From the UHGV virus genome UHGV-1315733: 45,999 nt of DNA. One strand, 5' to 3'. This DNA comes from a virus. This document shows positions 1 through 9,335 of the stretch, piece by piece; positions within the stretch are counted from its first letter, which is position 1; each line of letters starts with the position of its first letter. A model generated the notes under the pieces. That model was not told where the DNA came from. It ran no database searches and saw nothing but the letters and a program-made list of their open reading frames with translations. Position numbers and translations under genes: made by a program.

Positions 1-160
1 CTTCTTTCAGCTCTGCTTTCTTCTGCTCGATCTCCGCTGCGTGTTCCTCTGCAAATTTCTGCATTGTTTCCAATGACGTTCCTTCGTTGTCTGAGATTTC
101 CTTTGCGGATAATCCGTAAGCGAAACTCTTAATAATTTCTTTTACTGTCTGCTCTGTCAT
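1..160 (-). CDS. Small lysis-cassette protein, N-terminal 53 codons (MTEQTVKEIIKSFAYGLSAKEIS...). Runs off the left window edge.
   Basis: ATG at 160..158, 3 nt downstream of the holin stop. Open to the window edge. If the contig is circular it ends 5 codons past the junction at a TAA overlapping the endolysin ATG. Confidence 0.4.
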   Translation of the reverse strand, partial: MTEQTVKEIIKSFAYGLSAKEISDNEGTSLETMQKFAEEHAAEIEQKKAELKE

Positions 161-162
161 AA

Positions 163-462
163 TTACTCTTCCTTTCCACTCTGCTTGATTAACTGGTTGA
201 CATAGTTACTTAATCCAGCCACTAAGATTCCTTGTACGATTGCGGTAAACAGTGCCATTGCGATATCCTGTCCTGTTCCGAGAGTACAAGTTGCAATCAC
301 GTAGATACCGCAGATCACAATTCCAGCAATGCCTAAGATGCTAGGAATATACTTGTCTGCGATAGTTTCAGACTGCTTGATTGCCATACCGATAAAGTAC
401 AGTACAATAGCTACAACAATAAGTTCCGGCTTTACATAGTTGATAATCTGCTCCATGTTCAT
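163..462 (-). CDS. Holin (about 100 aa, 2-3 TM helices)
   Basis: ORF 163..549 trimmed to MNMEQ (ATG 462), which follows RBS AAGGAGA at 7 nt. Hydrophobic helices and a charged C-terminus. Sits next to XhlA. Confidence 0.6.
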   Translation of the reverse strand: MNMEQIINYVKPELIVVAIVLYFIGMAIKQSETIADKYIPSILGIAGIVICGIYVIATCTLGTGQDIAMALFTAIVQGILVAGLSNYVNQLIKQSGKEE

Positions 463-467
463 TCTCC

Positions 468-779
468 TTATAATCCAATTTGCGTTGCTACCAATCCGAT
501 CACAAGTCCGAGAGCCGCTGTGAGAACATATTTGACTACTGTTCTCCACATTTCTCCATCTCTGCCCTCTAAGGCTTCCAGTCTCTCTCCTTGTTTCGCC
601 TGTTCGTTTGCCATACTTTCCATGTTATTTGCAAGTTTTTCAACAGATACTGTAAGTGCTGTGTTCTGTTTTACAGATTCCTCTAACAGCTCAATACGTC
701 TATTCTGTCTATGCTGCTCGTCCTCGATACGTTTGGCAAATTCTGTATGTTCTTCTCTTCCTACATATTCCATCACCAT
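468..779 (-). CDS. xhlA: XhlA-like hemolysin/holin-associated protein (coiled coil plus C-terminal TM)
   Basis: 103 aa. N-terminal charged coiled coil and a C-terminal TM (VVKYVLTAALGLVIGLVATQIGL), as in PBSX XhlA. Directly upstream of the holin. Confidence 0.5.
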   Translation of the reverse strand: MVMEYVGREEHTEFAKRIEDEQHRQNRRIELLEESVKQNTALTVSVEKLANNMESMANEQAKQGERLEALEGRDGEMWRTVVKYVLTAALGLVIGLVATQIGL

Positions 780-865
780 TCTCCTTAAATACTTATAGTT
801 CTGACTTAATGTTAATACAGCTAATTATGATATTTATGCAATCTTAATTTAAGTGTACTGGATTT

Positions 866-1153
866 TTGGGAAATGATTGTACCCATATTGAAGTCATAGA
901 TGAAATTAGCAATAAATTACAATATATTGTTATTGATTTAGGCACTATCAGTCTAGGTGAATCGGGATATTATCGCGTCAGTGATAATGAAAAATATCCG
1001 ATCTATACAAAAATAGTAGAAATCTCTTATTATTCATTAATAACACCAATTTCAGCAATAAATATATATCGTGGCGAAAACGGTGGTACTTATGTTTTCG
1101 GGTCTCCTAATACAGAAATACGAGATTTACAAATTCGGTGTTGGTATTGGTAA
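866..1153 (+). pseudogene. 5'-truncated duplicate of the RBP gene (silent cassette F). Outer boundary of the shufflon.
   Basis: 'IEVIDEISNKLQ' parallels 'LIGAVNELNSNKQ' in the expressed RBP. The C-terminus (ENGGTYVFGSPNTEIRD) matches cassette C (ENEPYVFSPKISTLTDSD). Ends in TAA TAA at site A. A degenerate site 'tagcaataaa' lies at 907-916. Confidence 0.45.
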
Positions 1154-1155
1154 TA

Positions 1156-1164
1156 AAATAGCAA
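1156..1164 (+). repeat. Shufflon recombination core, site A (AAATAGCAA, plus orientation)
   Basis: One of five exact copies of the 9-mer between 1.1 and 3.9 kb. Reading frame +1 gives 'aat agc aag' = NSK, which starts cassette A. The only plus-oriented site. Confidence 0.6.
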
Positions 1165-1429
1165 GACACAATCTGGTACAACTGGAGCTGTAGAAATTGC
1201 AGCAAACAGTACGCAAACAGTGGCTGTCGTTTTTAAAAAGCCATTCAATATCATACCGACAGTCGTGTGTACTTTGAAAAGTGGCTCAAACATTGCTACG
1301 TATGGTGATTTGACTGCGTTTGTAGATTACGCTTCTGTAACAAAAAATGGCTTTACAATAAAGCTTTCAAACGCTTGTACCACATCAGGTGCAAAACCAA
1401 GCATTTCTTGGATTGCAACCGTATCCTAA
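1157..1429 (+). other. Silent RBP C-terminal cassette A (90 codons, no start codon of its own)
   Basis: Open frame NSKTQSGTTGAVEIAANSTQTVAVVFKKPFNII...SWIATVS* begins at site A. Homologous to cassette B and the same length. ORF-track 1220..1429 is its GTG-initiated tail. Confidence 0.55.
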
Positions 1430-1554
1430 AATAACAAAAGCGTGATTTTTAACCGTATACACTCCCTATTTCATCACCAACACGACTTTTTTAAAAATGC
1501 ATCATTTTTACATATCTGTAAAACATAAATTTAATAAAAAAGAGCATAGCAAAC

Positions 1555-1580
1555 AAGCCATCGAGAAATGGCTTTTAAAA
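1555..1580. terminator. Hairpin plus T/A tract between cassette A and the recombinase gene (bidirectional)
   Basis: agccat-cgagaa-atggct followed by tttaaaaaa. Confidence 0.4.
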
Positions 1581-1603
1581 AATCAATATTGAATTAAGTC
1601 GTT

Positions 1604-2605
1604 TTATGCTATGTATCTTCTAAAAGATGCTTTTACATTAGATTCACTTACAGTTACATACATCATGGTTGTATCCGGCTTTTGGTGTCCGGCATAAGCC
1701 TGAATCTCTTGTAGCGGTATTCCTCTACTTCCAGCATCCGTGAGTAGGGTTCTTCGGAACTTATGCGGATGCGCATGAATATCTGTCTTTTTACCCAGTT
1801 TCGACAGCATTGACCATATAGCTTCCTTTCCCATTCGATTATGTGGTTTTCGATTTGATACAAATAACGCTGGATTCATATCATCCCTTGACATAAGATA
1901 CTTCTTGAGATGATATGCGCATTCATCCGTCAGATACACTTTTCTCTCTTTCTTTCCTTTTTCTCCGTAAATGATTACTTCCCTGTTTCCCCAGTCGATA
2001 TCACTACGATTCAGAGCTGTTACCTCACCGATACGTGCTGCTGTGGAGTACAAAAATTCCATAATTGCCACATCTCTCTGACTCTTAGCATTGCAACGTA
2101 GATGCTCCCTCTCTGCGGATGTAAACGGCTTTTTAATGCGCTGTGGCACTTTCATGTGCTTGATGCGTCTCATTGGATTCTTGCTGATAAATCCCTCGTC
2201 AGAAAGCCATCCAAAGAATGATGAAAAGTATCTTCTAAGCGTGTCCATGTACGAGATAGACACTTTCCTTGTCTCCTGATACATAGCAAGGTAGTAGCGG
2301 ATATCGTTTGTGGTTATGTCCTCAAATCTCTTGTTGAGATAGTTGACTAGCTTGGTTACACAGTCCACATAGCGGTCAATCGTACCTTGTGAGCAGTTCT
2401 CCAAGCGTTTACTTGCAATGAACAATTTGAGAATCTTATCCCAGTGAGATTGACTTGTTACCAATGAGGTACATTCCTCTTGAAGCTTAACTCCGTGGAA
2501 CGAAATATACAGCACATTCTCCAATTTGTGCATCTGTTCCTCGGTCAGTTCCTCTTGCATCATGTTTACAACATTTTTGATTATCATGTTAATGTCTTTT
2601 TCCAT
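1604..2605 (-). CDS. Tyrosine site-specific recombinase (XerD/Rci-like); candidate shufflon recombinase
   Basis: 333 aa. Arg box (FLYSTAARIGE), HxxR box (HPHKFRRT), catalytic Tyr region (TTMMYVTVS). Sits inside the cassette array, as the recombinase does in hsdS and Rci shufflons. Confidence 0.8.
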   Translation of the reverse strand: MEKDINMIIKNVVNMMQEELTEEQMHKLENVLYISFHGVKLQEECTSLVTSQSHWDKILKLFIASKRLENCSQGTIDRYVDCVTKLVNYLNKRFEDITTNDIRYYLAMYQETRKVSISYMDTLRRYFSSFFGWLSDEGFISKNPMRRIKHMKVPQRIKKPFTSAEREHLRCNAKSQRDVAIMEFLYSTAARIGEVTALNRSDIDWGNREVIIYGEKGKKERKVYLTDECAYHLKKYLMSRDDMNPALFVSNRKPHNRMGKEAIWSMLSKLGKKTDIHAHPHKFRRTLLTDAGSRGIPLQEIQAYAGHQKPDTTMMYVTVSESNVKASFRRYIA

Positions 2606-2700
2606 AAAAACACCCCTTTCTAAGCCAATTATGACTCAAAAAGAGGTGAAATTAAATGCTTTATTTCGGTTCATGAAATAGGGAGTTGATAATTTCCATC

Positions 2701-2973
2701 TTATGTCAAAGTGATTTTATATTGCGTTTTTCCAAAGCAGATTATTCCAATCTTATAACTGTTAGAGGTATTATTTTTCAACGTGATCGTATTGTAATCT
2801 TTTGATATTGAAGCGGTTACAGAAGCATCGACATTGATTGGCGAAAGGTATCCATTATTAAACCAATACATTGTTTTATTTATAGCTATTAATAATGACG
2901 TATGTCTATAGTCGTTCACAGCTAAAGTAACTGTCTGATTACCTGCTACACGTGTGTCGGCTACCTTGCTATT
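2701..2973 (-). other. Silent RBP cassette B (90 codons)
   Basis: Frame open from site B: (R)LNSKVADTRVAGNQTVTLAVNDYRH...KITLT*. ORF-track 2701..2919 is its C-terminal part. Homologous to cassette A. Confidence 0.55.
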
Positions 2974-2974
2974 T
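2966..2974 (-). repeat. Shufflon core, site B (TTGCTATTT on the plus strand)
   Basis: Exact 9-mer. The TAG inside the core is the stop of cassette D in frame 0. Frame +1 starts cassette B with NSK. Confidence 0.6.
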
Positions 2975-3226
2975 AATCTTTAGCGTTATAATTTTGAAAG
3001 TAAAAGCCCCTGTTGGACTGTTGTTTACAAAGCATAAAGACCAATTATTTGTTCCTTCTGTACCACTCACACCTCGTGAGATAGTGTATATCCATCCATT
3101 TCTATCTATTGATTGGATTGAAATAATCATGTATTCATCTGCATTCACACCTAAATCATACGTATCTTTTCCAGATTCGGCAGTGATAACTTTGTTAACA
3201 GATTCGATTATAGGAATATTGCTATT
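2969..3226 (-). other. Silent RBP cassette D (85 codons)
   Basis: NSNIPIIESVNKVITAESGKDTYDLGVNADEYMIISIQSIDRNGWIYTISRGVSGTEGTNNWSLCFVNNSPTGAFTFKIITLKIK*, translated by hand. Starts at site D and stops at the TAG in site B. Confidence 0.5.
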
Positions 3227-3227
3227 T
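3219..3227 (-). repeat. Shufflon core, site D
   Basis: Exact 'taaaatagcaa', identical to site A over 11 nt. Lies 3 nt after the stop of cassette C. Confidence 0.6.
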
Positions 3228-3230
3228 TAC

Positions 3231-3617
3231 TTAACAGATTTTGTCCATATCTGAATCCGTTAATGTTGAAATCTTTGGAGAAAAAACATAAGGTTCGTTT
3301 TCTGAATAGTAAGCAAGTATTTGTATTTGTAAAAGTTGTACTGACCGTTCTACCTTAATATAAATATGCAGTACGTTGTTACTTACTTTAAATCCAACTT
3401 TCATTCCTGCATTTTGCTTATTCATATTGACAGCATCACATCTATCTATATAATTTCTAGATGCATCAACACCATATTTTACAGAATAGATGTCTTCGCC
3501 AAACGCAACTAAAAGACTGGAAATATTCCACGTCGTATAACTAAAAGTTACTATCTCGACCCATGTATTAGAACCTATTCCATGAAGTAAGGCTTTATCT
3601 GATGTTGCATTGCTATT
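3231..3617 (-). other. Silent RBP cassette C (127 codons)
   Basis: NSNATSDKALLHGIGSNTWVEIVTFSYTTWNISS...DSDMDKIC*. Its last 64 aa equal ORF-track 3231..3425. Begins at site C. Confidence 0.55.
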
Positions 3618-3618
3618 T
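3610..3618 (-). repeat. Shufflon core, site C
   Basis: Exact 9-mer that overlaps the TAA stop of the expressed RBP gene (gaa taa ata gca atg). Confidence 0.6.
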
Positions 3619-4054
3619 ATTCAAAATAAAAGAATGAGATATATACATTCATGTTACTTGTCGAGTTGCCACTAAGAAAACTGGTAGTTGCTTTCCAATA
3701 ATTATTTTCACTACTTACAAAAGGTTTGATAATTGCGCTATTACTTCTGTAAGATACAATAATCGCTTTTCTGTCTATCTCCGTAGTTATAATGCCTTGT
3801 TTGTCTGCCAAGTATGTTTTGCTGACACTCTTTAATGCCCCCTGTTTATTGCTATTTAATTCATTAACTGCCCCGATCAAAGTCTTGTTAGTTGTTCCTA
3901 ACTTCGCGATAACTGCCGTAGTCATCTTATCGACAACATAATCCCATATCTTGTCCATCAGTGTACGCTTGTTTGCTTTACCGTCCGTGTCGAGAATCAT
4001 TAACTCATCATTGTCTTTCAGTGCTTCTTTAGTTGTGTACTTTGTCCATTCCAT
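3617..4054 (-). CDS. Receptor-binding-type small tail protein: constant 66-aa N-terminus fused to the currently expressed cassette E (79 aa)
   Basis: 145 aa. Lies downstream of the tail genes. Internal site E (ELNSNKQ) sits at aa 65-71. Size and layout resemble TP901-1-type RBPs (N-terminal anchor plus swappable head domain). Confidence 0.55.
   Translation of the reverse strand: MEWTKYTTKEALKDNDELMILDTDGKANKRTLMDKIWDYVVDKMTTAVIAKLGTTNKTLIGAVNELNSNKQGALKSVSKTYLADKQGIITTEIDRKAIIVSYRSNSAIIKPFVSSENNYWKATTSFLSGNSTSNMNVYISFFYFE
3849..3857 (-). repeat. Shufflon core, site E, inside the expressed RBP gene
   Basis: 'gaattaaatagcaataaac' read in frame +1 gives ELNSNKQ. This is the fusion point between the constant and variable parts. 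Confidence 0.6.
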
Positions 4055-4111
4055 GATTAATTCTCCTTTATTGAATCATTTATTAAAAGGGTAAGAGCAT
4101 TATTCATGCCC

Positions 4112-4312
4112 TTACGCCTCGTCAACCTTGTTTACTGTGATAAATTTTCTAATCGCATCTACATGAGTTTTGAGTTCAGCATCAACGATATAGAACGATT
4201 TCTTATTGTTGTGCGATACAAGATTTCCACTCTCGTCAATCTCGTCATAAGTAAATGTAGCTCTGTCCATTCCATTTACATTTAAAATTGAAAAACCACT
4301 AAGCTGTTTCAT
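4112..4312 (-). CDS. Small tail-associated protein (66 aa)
   Basis: Its start overlaps the stop of the 1678-aa tail protein. XkdX-like position. No motif recognised. Confidence 0.35.
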   Translation of the reverse strand: MKQLSGFSILNVNGMDRATFTYDEIDESGNLVSHNNKKSFYIVDAELKTHVDAIRKFITVNKVDEA

Positions 4313-7300
4313 TTAAAAGTTCCTCCTGTTCCTTAATCAAGGTTTCTAGTTCTGCGTTTAATATGTTCTCAGGGCTTTCAGGTAATTTTTCTTCCCTGTC
4401 AACATCTTCCTCAAGATTTACATATTCGTAATCTTTCTGTTTTGCTTTCAGTTCCCATGCAAATTTCAGATTCGGAGTTCCGTGCACAATGAAGTAATTC
4501 TCTTCCTTCTTTTCAATCCACAAATCTCCTTTCCCTTCTTTCTGCAAGAATACCTGGTACTCAATGCGTGTTGTTACGGTTTCCGTGAAGATATCTCCGA
4601 TTTCAACGATACATTCACCGTTCTCATCAGTAATTCCTTCACCGATGTCTCCAAACATTGGCGAAGCTGTTTCGTAGCAATATTGAAGTCTGTTTGAATA
4701 ATTCTCTGTTGGAACAACACGGTTTTTAGTTCCAGTTGTTTTTATTTCTCTTGGGCTTATATCTACATAATCATTAATATAATTACTTCCATTAATTCTA
4801 ATTGAAAGGCAACCTGTTGAGTTCTCGCTAATGCTGAATGTGTACGATTTTACTGTTGACATTGCATCAGACCATCCTTGTAAATCCTCAGCCCATCCAA
4901 TAGAGAAGCATTCCGGGGAAATTGAAGAACCGTATCCCCTTCCATTATTAGATGCTTTCATTCTCAAACCATGAAACCAACCGCCCATAAGGTCAACAAC
5001 CATACTGTCTGATGCGAGAAGTCCCATATTAGTATTATCAATATGCATCCCCATGCTTCCGATAGTGAATATTTCTTTCGAATTGTTACGGCCAACGATG
5101 AGCGCAGACGCTTTTTCTTTATCTAAATATATCGTGCTTCCATAAATCGAGCCTTTTTTGATGTTCAGTCCATCTTTATCCCATTTACCAACTTCCGCTC
5201 CTATGGCATCTAGTATCTGTATTGAGCCATTTTCATTGTTTACACCTCCCAATGTAAGTGTACCGCCCTTGCCATAAGAGAAGTTGATATACAACTGATC
5301 GCCTTGCATATATATCCCTTGTTTCTTCCCGTTATCAGTAAGTCTGTTAAACACTTCTTCGGAAGTCAGAGATTTGTTTAGCTTTTCTACAGCTGAATCG
5401 TCAGTATACTTAGTGGCTTTTGTCCAATCAGAAGAAACATAGTTGCCGCTAGCTCTTGCGGTTTTACATCTCATCAAGTCACCAGTGTCTCCTTGCGTCC
5501 AAAGGTCGCCAACATCATAAGGTGGCACAGGAGTTGTAATAAAGTTTCTTCTCTTACCGTCTGCGGTATCTTGCGCCTTTGATGCTGTTTCCATCGCAGA
5601 TACGATGTCTGCATCTTTCACTCTCACCCACTGATAAGATGTATCGACTTTCATATAGCGGTAAGTGAAACCTTTGTTCTTCCAAAAGAAGAGGTCACCA
5701 ACATGCTTCTGTCTTTCGTAAGCTGTAGTCCACTCAGATGCTGGATGGTTTGAATTCGCAGGCTCATAATCGTAATAGTACGTATCAATCTTTCCATCAA
5801 TCTGATTTTGGATATCTTCAATTTTCGGATCATAAATGTTTTCGATGAAGTCCGTTACTGTAGAATCGTCTGTATAATTATCTTTCTTCTGCCAATCACT
5901 TGCTACATACTCACCAGTTTCTCTGTCCTTTAGGCAGACAAGGATATCATTTCCAGTGAAATACAAATCATCCACGCTATACGGTGGCTTTGGCTGTGTT
6001 GAGAAAATCTGCGCTTTACCGTCAATCTCATCGAATACAGAGTCTGGAACTGGCATTTCTTCCCAATTTCCGCTTCTGTAGATGTATTCATCACCAGTTT
6101 TGGAATTCTTCCACAAGTCACCCTCATGAGTTGCTTTCTCGGTTTCCACAGTGATTGTGATATTTTTTCCACTAACATCTAAGATTTCATTCCCGTTTAT
6201 ATCGCAAAGAGGCTGTGTTTCTTTTCCAGTCCAATTAAGTGACGGGTCAGTAGGTTGGAACCAAGTTTCTATCTTCTGATCAATCTGATTCTTGATATTC
6301 TCAAGGTCGGCAGCATAAGTATTCTTAACAAAGTTATTGATTGCGGAATCATCTGTGTACTTGGTAGCCTTAACCCAATCGGATGCGACATAATCTCCGC
6401 TCTGACGCGAGGTCACGCATCGCATAAGATCTCCGTTTGTGCCTTGTACCCACAAGTCATCCTTATCATAAGGTGGATAAGGAGTTACACTGAATACACG
6501 TTTCTTTGTGACAGCAAGGTTCTTTGCAGCTTTCGCATCCGCATCACTTAACTTTGACCACGCTGAACCGTTCCAACGCATTGTTTCTTCGGTTTTTGAG
6601 TTGTACCATAAGTCGCCAGTATGCTTTGCTTTCAGTTCAGCTGTTGTCCATGAAGCTGCCGGATCAGCAGATTGATTGTATGTCTCAATCTTGCCATCAA
6701 TCTGATTCTGCAAGTCCTTATTGACTGTTTCCAGCTCTTTCTGTACCTCATTGGCTCTTGTATCGTCCGTGTACTTTGATGCCTTTTCCCAGTCTGATGC
6801 CGAGAAAGAAGCCGATTCACTTCTTGCAACACAGCAACGCATGATGTCACCATCATCACCCTGTACCCAAAGGTCACCTATGTCGTAAGGTGGCTGTGGA
6901 GTCACTACAAAGACTCTACGTTTATGATCTGCTGTATCCTGTGCTTTCTCCGCAGCTGCAAGTGCTTTTGAAATATCTGTATCCTGTACGATCTGCCACT
7001 TCCAAACCGCTCCGTCCTGTAAGAATCGGTAGGAATATCCAGTGGACTTCCAGAAGAAGAGATCACCTTCGTGGTTTTTTCTCTGCTCGTTGGTTGTCCA
7101 ATTCACAGCCGGTTCGTTCTGTAAGCTAGGTTCGTGGTCATAGAACCATGTTTCAATCTGTCCATCAATCTGACTCTGTAATTCCGCAATCTTTGGATCA
7201 TATACCGCAGAAATGAAGGTATTCAGTCCGCTATCGTCAGTGTACTTGGTTTTCTTCTGCCAGTCGGACTTTACACAACTTCCTTTATCTCTGCTTTCTA

Positions 7301-9335
7301 CACAAGTGAGAAGTTCCTGTGTATCTGCATCAAACCATAAGTCACCAACACGATACGGTGGAACAGGAGTGTTAATGAATATCTGTGCTTTGCCATCAAT
7401 CTCGTCAAAAACTTCATCCGGCACTTGCATCTTCATCCACTGACCGCCACGATAAATATACTCATCGTTCGTAGACAGATCTTTCCACAAGTCTCCTTCA
7501 TGTTCAGCCTTAGACTCTTCATACAGCAAAATGATTTCATTTCCGTTTACGTCAAGGATTGATTCGCCATTGACATCGCACCATGCCATTTCAACAGTTC
7601 CACCCCAGTTTACAGATGGATCTGTGCTCTGATACCATGTTTCAATCTTGTTCCGGACGGAGTTTTTAATCTCGTCCATATCTGTCTTGTAAATGTTAGT
7701 TACAAAATCATCTACAATACCATTGGAAATATCTTCCACAGACTTACCGGTGATGGATATTGACTCTGCATTGATGGTAACTCGTCCTGTCTCCGTATCA
7801 GCATAGAAGGTAATGTTTCCATTCTTGTCTTTTACAGTGAGAGAACCTGAGTTGATATAATCAGCATTAATACCGATAGCATACAAGATTCTTGTAATAA
7901 GGTCTCCTGTTAGGAATAATCCGTAAGGATATGTCTTACCGCCATCACTTGATATACCGATAGCTTCAGATGTGACCTTGATTACATTCTTGGACTCTTC
8001 TACTGTCGGCTTATCATGAATGTATGAGATTACGCTTCCGTCCGGCTGTACAACTTCTGTAGAATACATTCCAGAAGCACTCTCAAGTGTCTTATTCAGA
8101 TTATCGACAGCTGCTTCAAATTCTGTCTTATTCTGCTTGATTTCCTTTTTGGCTTTCTCATACACTTTTGTAGCTTCGCTGTAATAAGTGCTCTTCTGCC
8201 GTTCCGGATCCTTGATTCCGCAAGAAAATGAACTGCTGCCAAGATAATTAAACTCAAGAGATGTGATAAATGTTGGATAAACTTTGTCTTTCCGGTCTAC
8301 CACGCAAGCCAGATCCATGAATTCGATCGTTGGATCAGGGAAGAATTCTCCACTAAAACCTCTCAGCTTAACTCCGATCAATACATCTCCAATCAGATTG
8401 ATTGCATCATCTTCATGTCCTTCAATAAGAGGATTCGTGATTTCAAGTGCATAATCATCTGTACCTCTTATTAAGATTGTACTCTCGTTTTCTACTTTCT
8501 TTGTGGTCGCAATTCCAGTGATTACAACAGGATCTGTGCTAATGTCCGGATCTGACTGATAGTCCATCAAAATGCTATAGCCATCATCTTCCACTAAGTC
8601 ATCCCTATTTGTAATCTTCGATATTGCAGAAAAGTCGTAACTCTTAATAACAAGTGTTCCGTTCTGAATCACAGCATTACCAACGGAAAGCATTGCTATA
8701 TATCCGATTACTTCTCGGCAAGTCACTTTTTCCGGAGCCTGTTCAATCACGAAATCGTCATTGTTAAACTTCGGACTTCCAAGCATGATGTTACATGTAC
8801 TACACGCTTCTCTTAGAAGCTGCCCAGCTGTTGTTGGATAAGATAGCTTAGACGTGAAGTCTGCATCTGCTTTGTACATTGAATCATAACCTACAAGTTC
8901 TATCGTATCTCCAACCGCTGTTGGCTCAAGTACTGTAAATGTACCCTCGTTCAATCTCTCGATTCTTGATTTCGTCAGCATAATCGTGTTGCCATTGACA
9001 TCGAGAATTTCCTCACCTTTCACATCTCTCCATGCATCATAGCTTCTACTTTCGATGTCAGCTTCAGTGAAGAGTGAAATCTGTGCATAGTAAAAATCAT
9101 ACTTGGAAAATCTCTCATCGATGTTATCAATGACAAGCGTAACGGACTTGGAGAGAGCGGATCCCAGTGGGAATCCATCTCCTCCGTCTTCTGCGTATCC
9201 ATTACCGCTTATGAAGAAATCGTTATCCGAATCAAGATATAGTTTCTCACCGTTTTTCAGTGTAATCGATGCGTAAGCATAGAACGGACCGCCTGACTTT
9301 ATGATGTTTTTGAATTCGTTGCTTACATTCTTCAT
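4299..9335 (-). CDS. Large tail protein (1678 aa): Tal-like N-terminus, long array of about 90-270-aa repeats, lectin/fibre-like C-terminus
   Basis: Single uninterrupted ORF directly after the TMP and a Dit-like gene. Repeats of PPYxxGDLWxQGxxGDLMRC...SDWxKATKYTDDS...QIDGKIETW. Confidence 0.65.
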   Translation of the reverse strand: MKNVSNEFKNIIKSGGPFYAYASITLKNGEKLYLDSDNDFFISGNGYAEDGGDGFPLGSALSKSVTLVIDNIDERFSKYDFYYAQISLFTEADIESRSYDAWRDVKGEEILDVNGNTIMLTKSRIERLNEGTFTVLEPTAVGDTIELVGYDSMYKADADFTSKLSYPTTAGQLLREACSTCNIMLGSPKFNNDDFVIEQAPEKVTCREVIGYIAMLSVGNAVIQNGTLVIKSYDFSAISKITNRDDLVEDDGYSILMDYQSDPDISTDPVVITGIATTKKVENESTILIRGTDDYALEITNPLIEGHEDDAINLIGDVLIGVKLRGFSGEFFPDPTIEFMDLACVVDRKDKVYPTFITSLEFNYLGSSSFSCGIKDPERQKSTYYSEATKVYEKAKKEIKQNKTEFEAAVDNLNKTLESASGMYSTEVVQPDGSVISYIHDKPTVEESKNVIKVTSEAIGISSDGGKTYPYGLFLTGDLITRILYAIGINADYINSGSLTVKDKNGNITFYADTETGRVTINAESISITGKSVEDISNGIVDDFVTNIYKTDMDEIKNSVRNKIETWYQSTDPSVNWGGTVEMAWCDVNGESILDVNGNEIILLYEESKAEHEGDLWKDLSTNDEYIYRGGQWMKMQVPDEVFDEIDGKAQIFINTPVPPYRVGDLWFDADTQELLTCVESRDKGSCVKSDWQKKTKYTDDSGLNTFISAVYDPKIAELQSQIDGQIETWFYDHEPSLQNEPAVNWTTNEQRKNHEGDLFFWKSTGYSYRFLQDGAVWKWQIVQDTDISKALAAAEKAQDTADHKRRVFVVTPQPPYDIGDLWVQGDDGDIMRCCVARSESASFSASDWEKASKYTDDTRANEVQKELETVNKDLQNQIDGKIETYNQSADPAASWTTAELKAKHTGDLWYNSKTEETMRWNGSAWSKLSDADAKAAKNLAVTKKRVFSVTPYPPYDKDDLWVQGTNGDLMRCVTSRQSGDYVASDWVKATKYTDDSAINNFVKNTYAADLENIKNQIDQKIETWFQPTDPSLNWTGKETQPLCDINGNEILDVSGKNITITVETEKATHEGDLWKNSKTGDEYIYRSGNWEEMPVPDSVFDEIDGKAQIFSTQPKPPYSVDDLYFTGNDILVCLKDRETGEYVASDWQKKDNYTDDSTVTDFIENIYDPKIEDIQNQIDGKIDTYYYDYEPANSNHPASEWTTAYERQKHVGDLFFWKNKGFTYRYMKVDTSYQWVRVKDADIVSAMETASKAQDTADGKRRNFITTPVPPYDVGDLWTQGDTGDLMRCKTARASGNYVSSDWTKATKYTDDSAVEKLNKSLTSEEVFNRLTDNGKKQGIYMQGDQLYINFSYGKGGTLTLGGVNNENGSIQILDAIGAEVGKWDKDGLNIKKGSIYGSTIYLDKEKASALIVGRNNSKEIFTIGSMGMHIDNTNMGLLASDSMVVDLMGGWFHGLRMKASNNGRGYGSSISPECFSIGWAEDLQGWSDAMSTVKSYTFSISENSTGCLSIRINGSNYINDYVDISPREIKTTGTKNRVVPTENYSNRLQYCYETASPMFGDIGEGITDENGECIVEIGDIFTETVTTRIEYQVFLQKEGKGDLWIEKKEENYFIVHGTPNLKFAWELKAKQKDYEYVNLEEDVDREEKLPESPENILNAELETLIKEQEELLNETA
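5350..7660 (-). repeat. In-frame tandem super-repeats inside the tail-protein gene (two about 270-aa units, each with about 95-aa subunits)
   Basis: Protein segments at roughly aa 565-826 and aa 1023-1293 align along their full length. Coordinates are approximate. Confidence 0.5.

Noticed and set aside
520-847. Plus-strand ORFs 520..798 and 656..847
   Set aside because: Antisense to the holin and XhlA genes. Ser/Cys/Leu-rich artefacts.
2952-3254. Plus-strand ORF of 100 aa spanning site B and cassette D
   Set aside because: Antisense of the minus-strand cassette frames. Low-complexity hydrophobic translation with no RBS.
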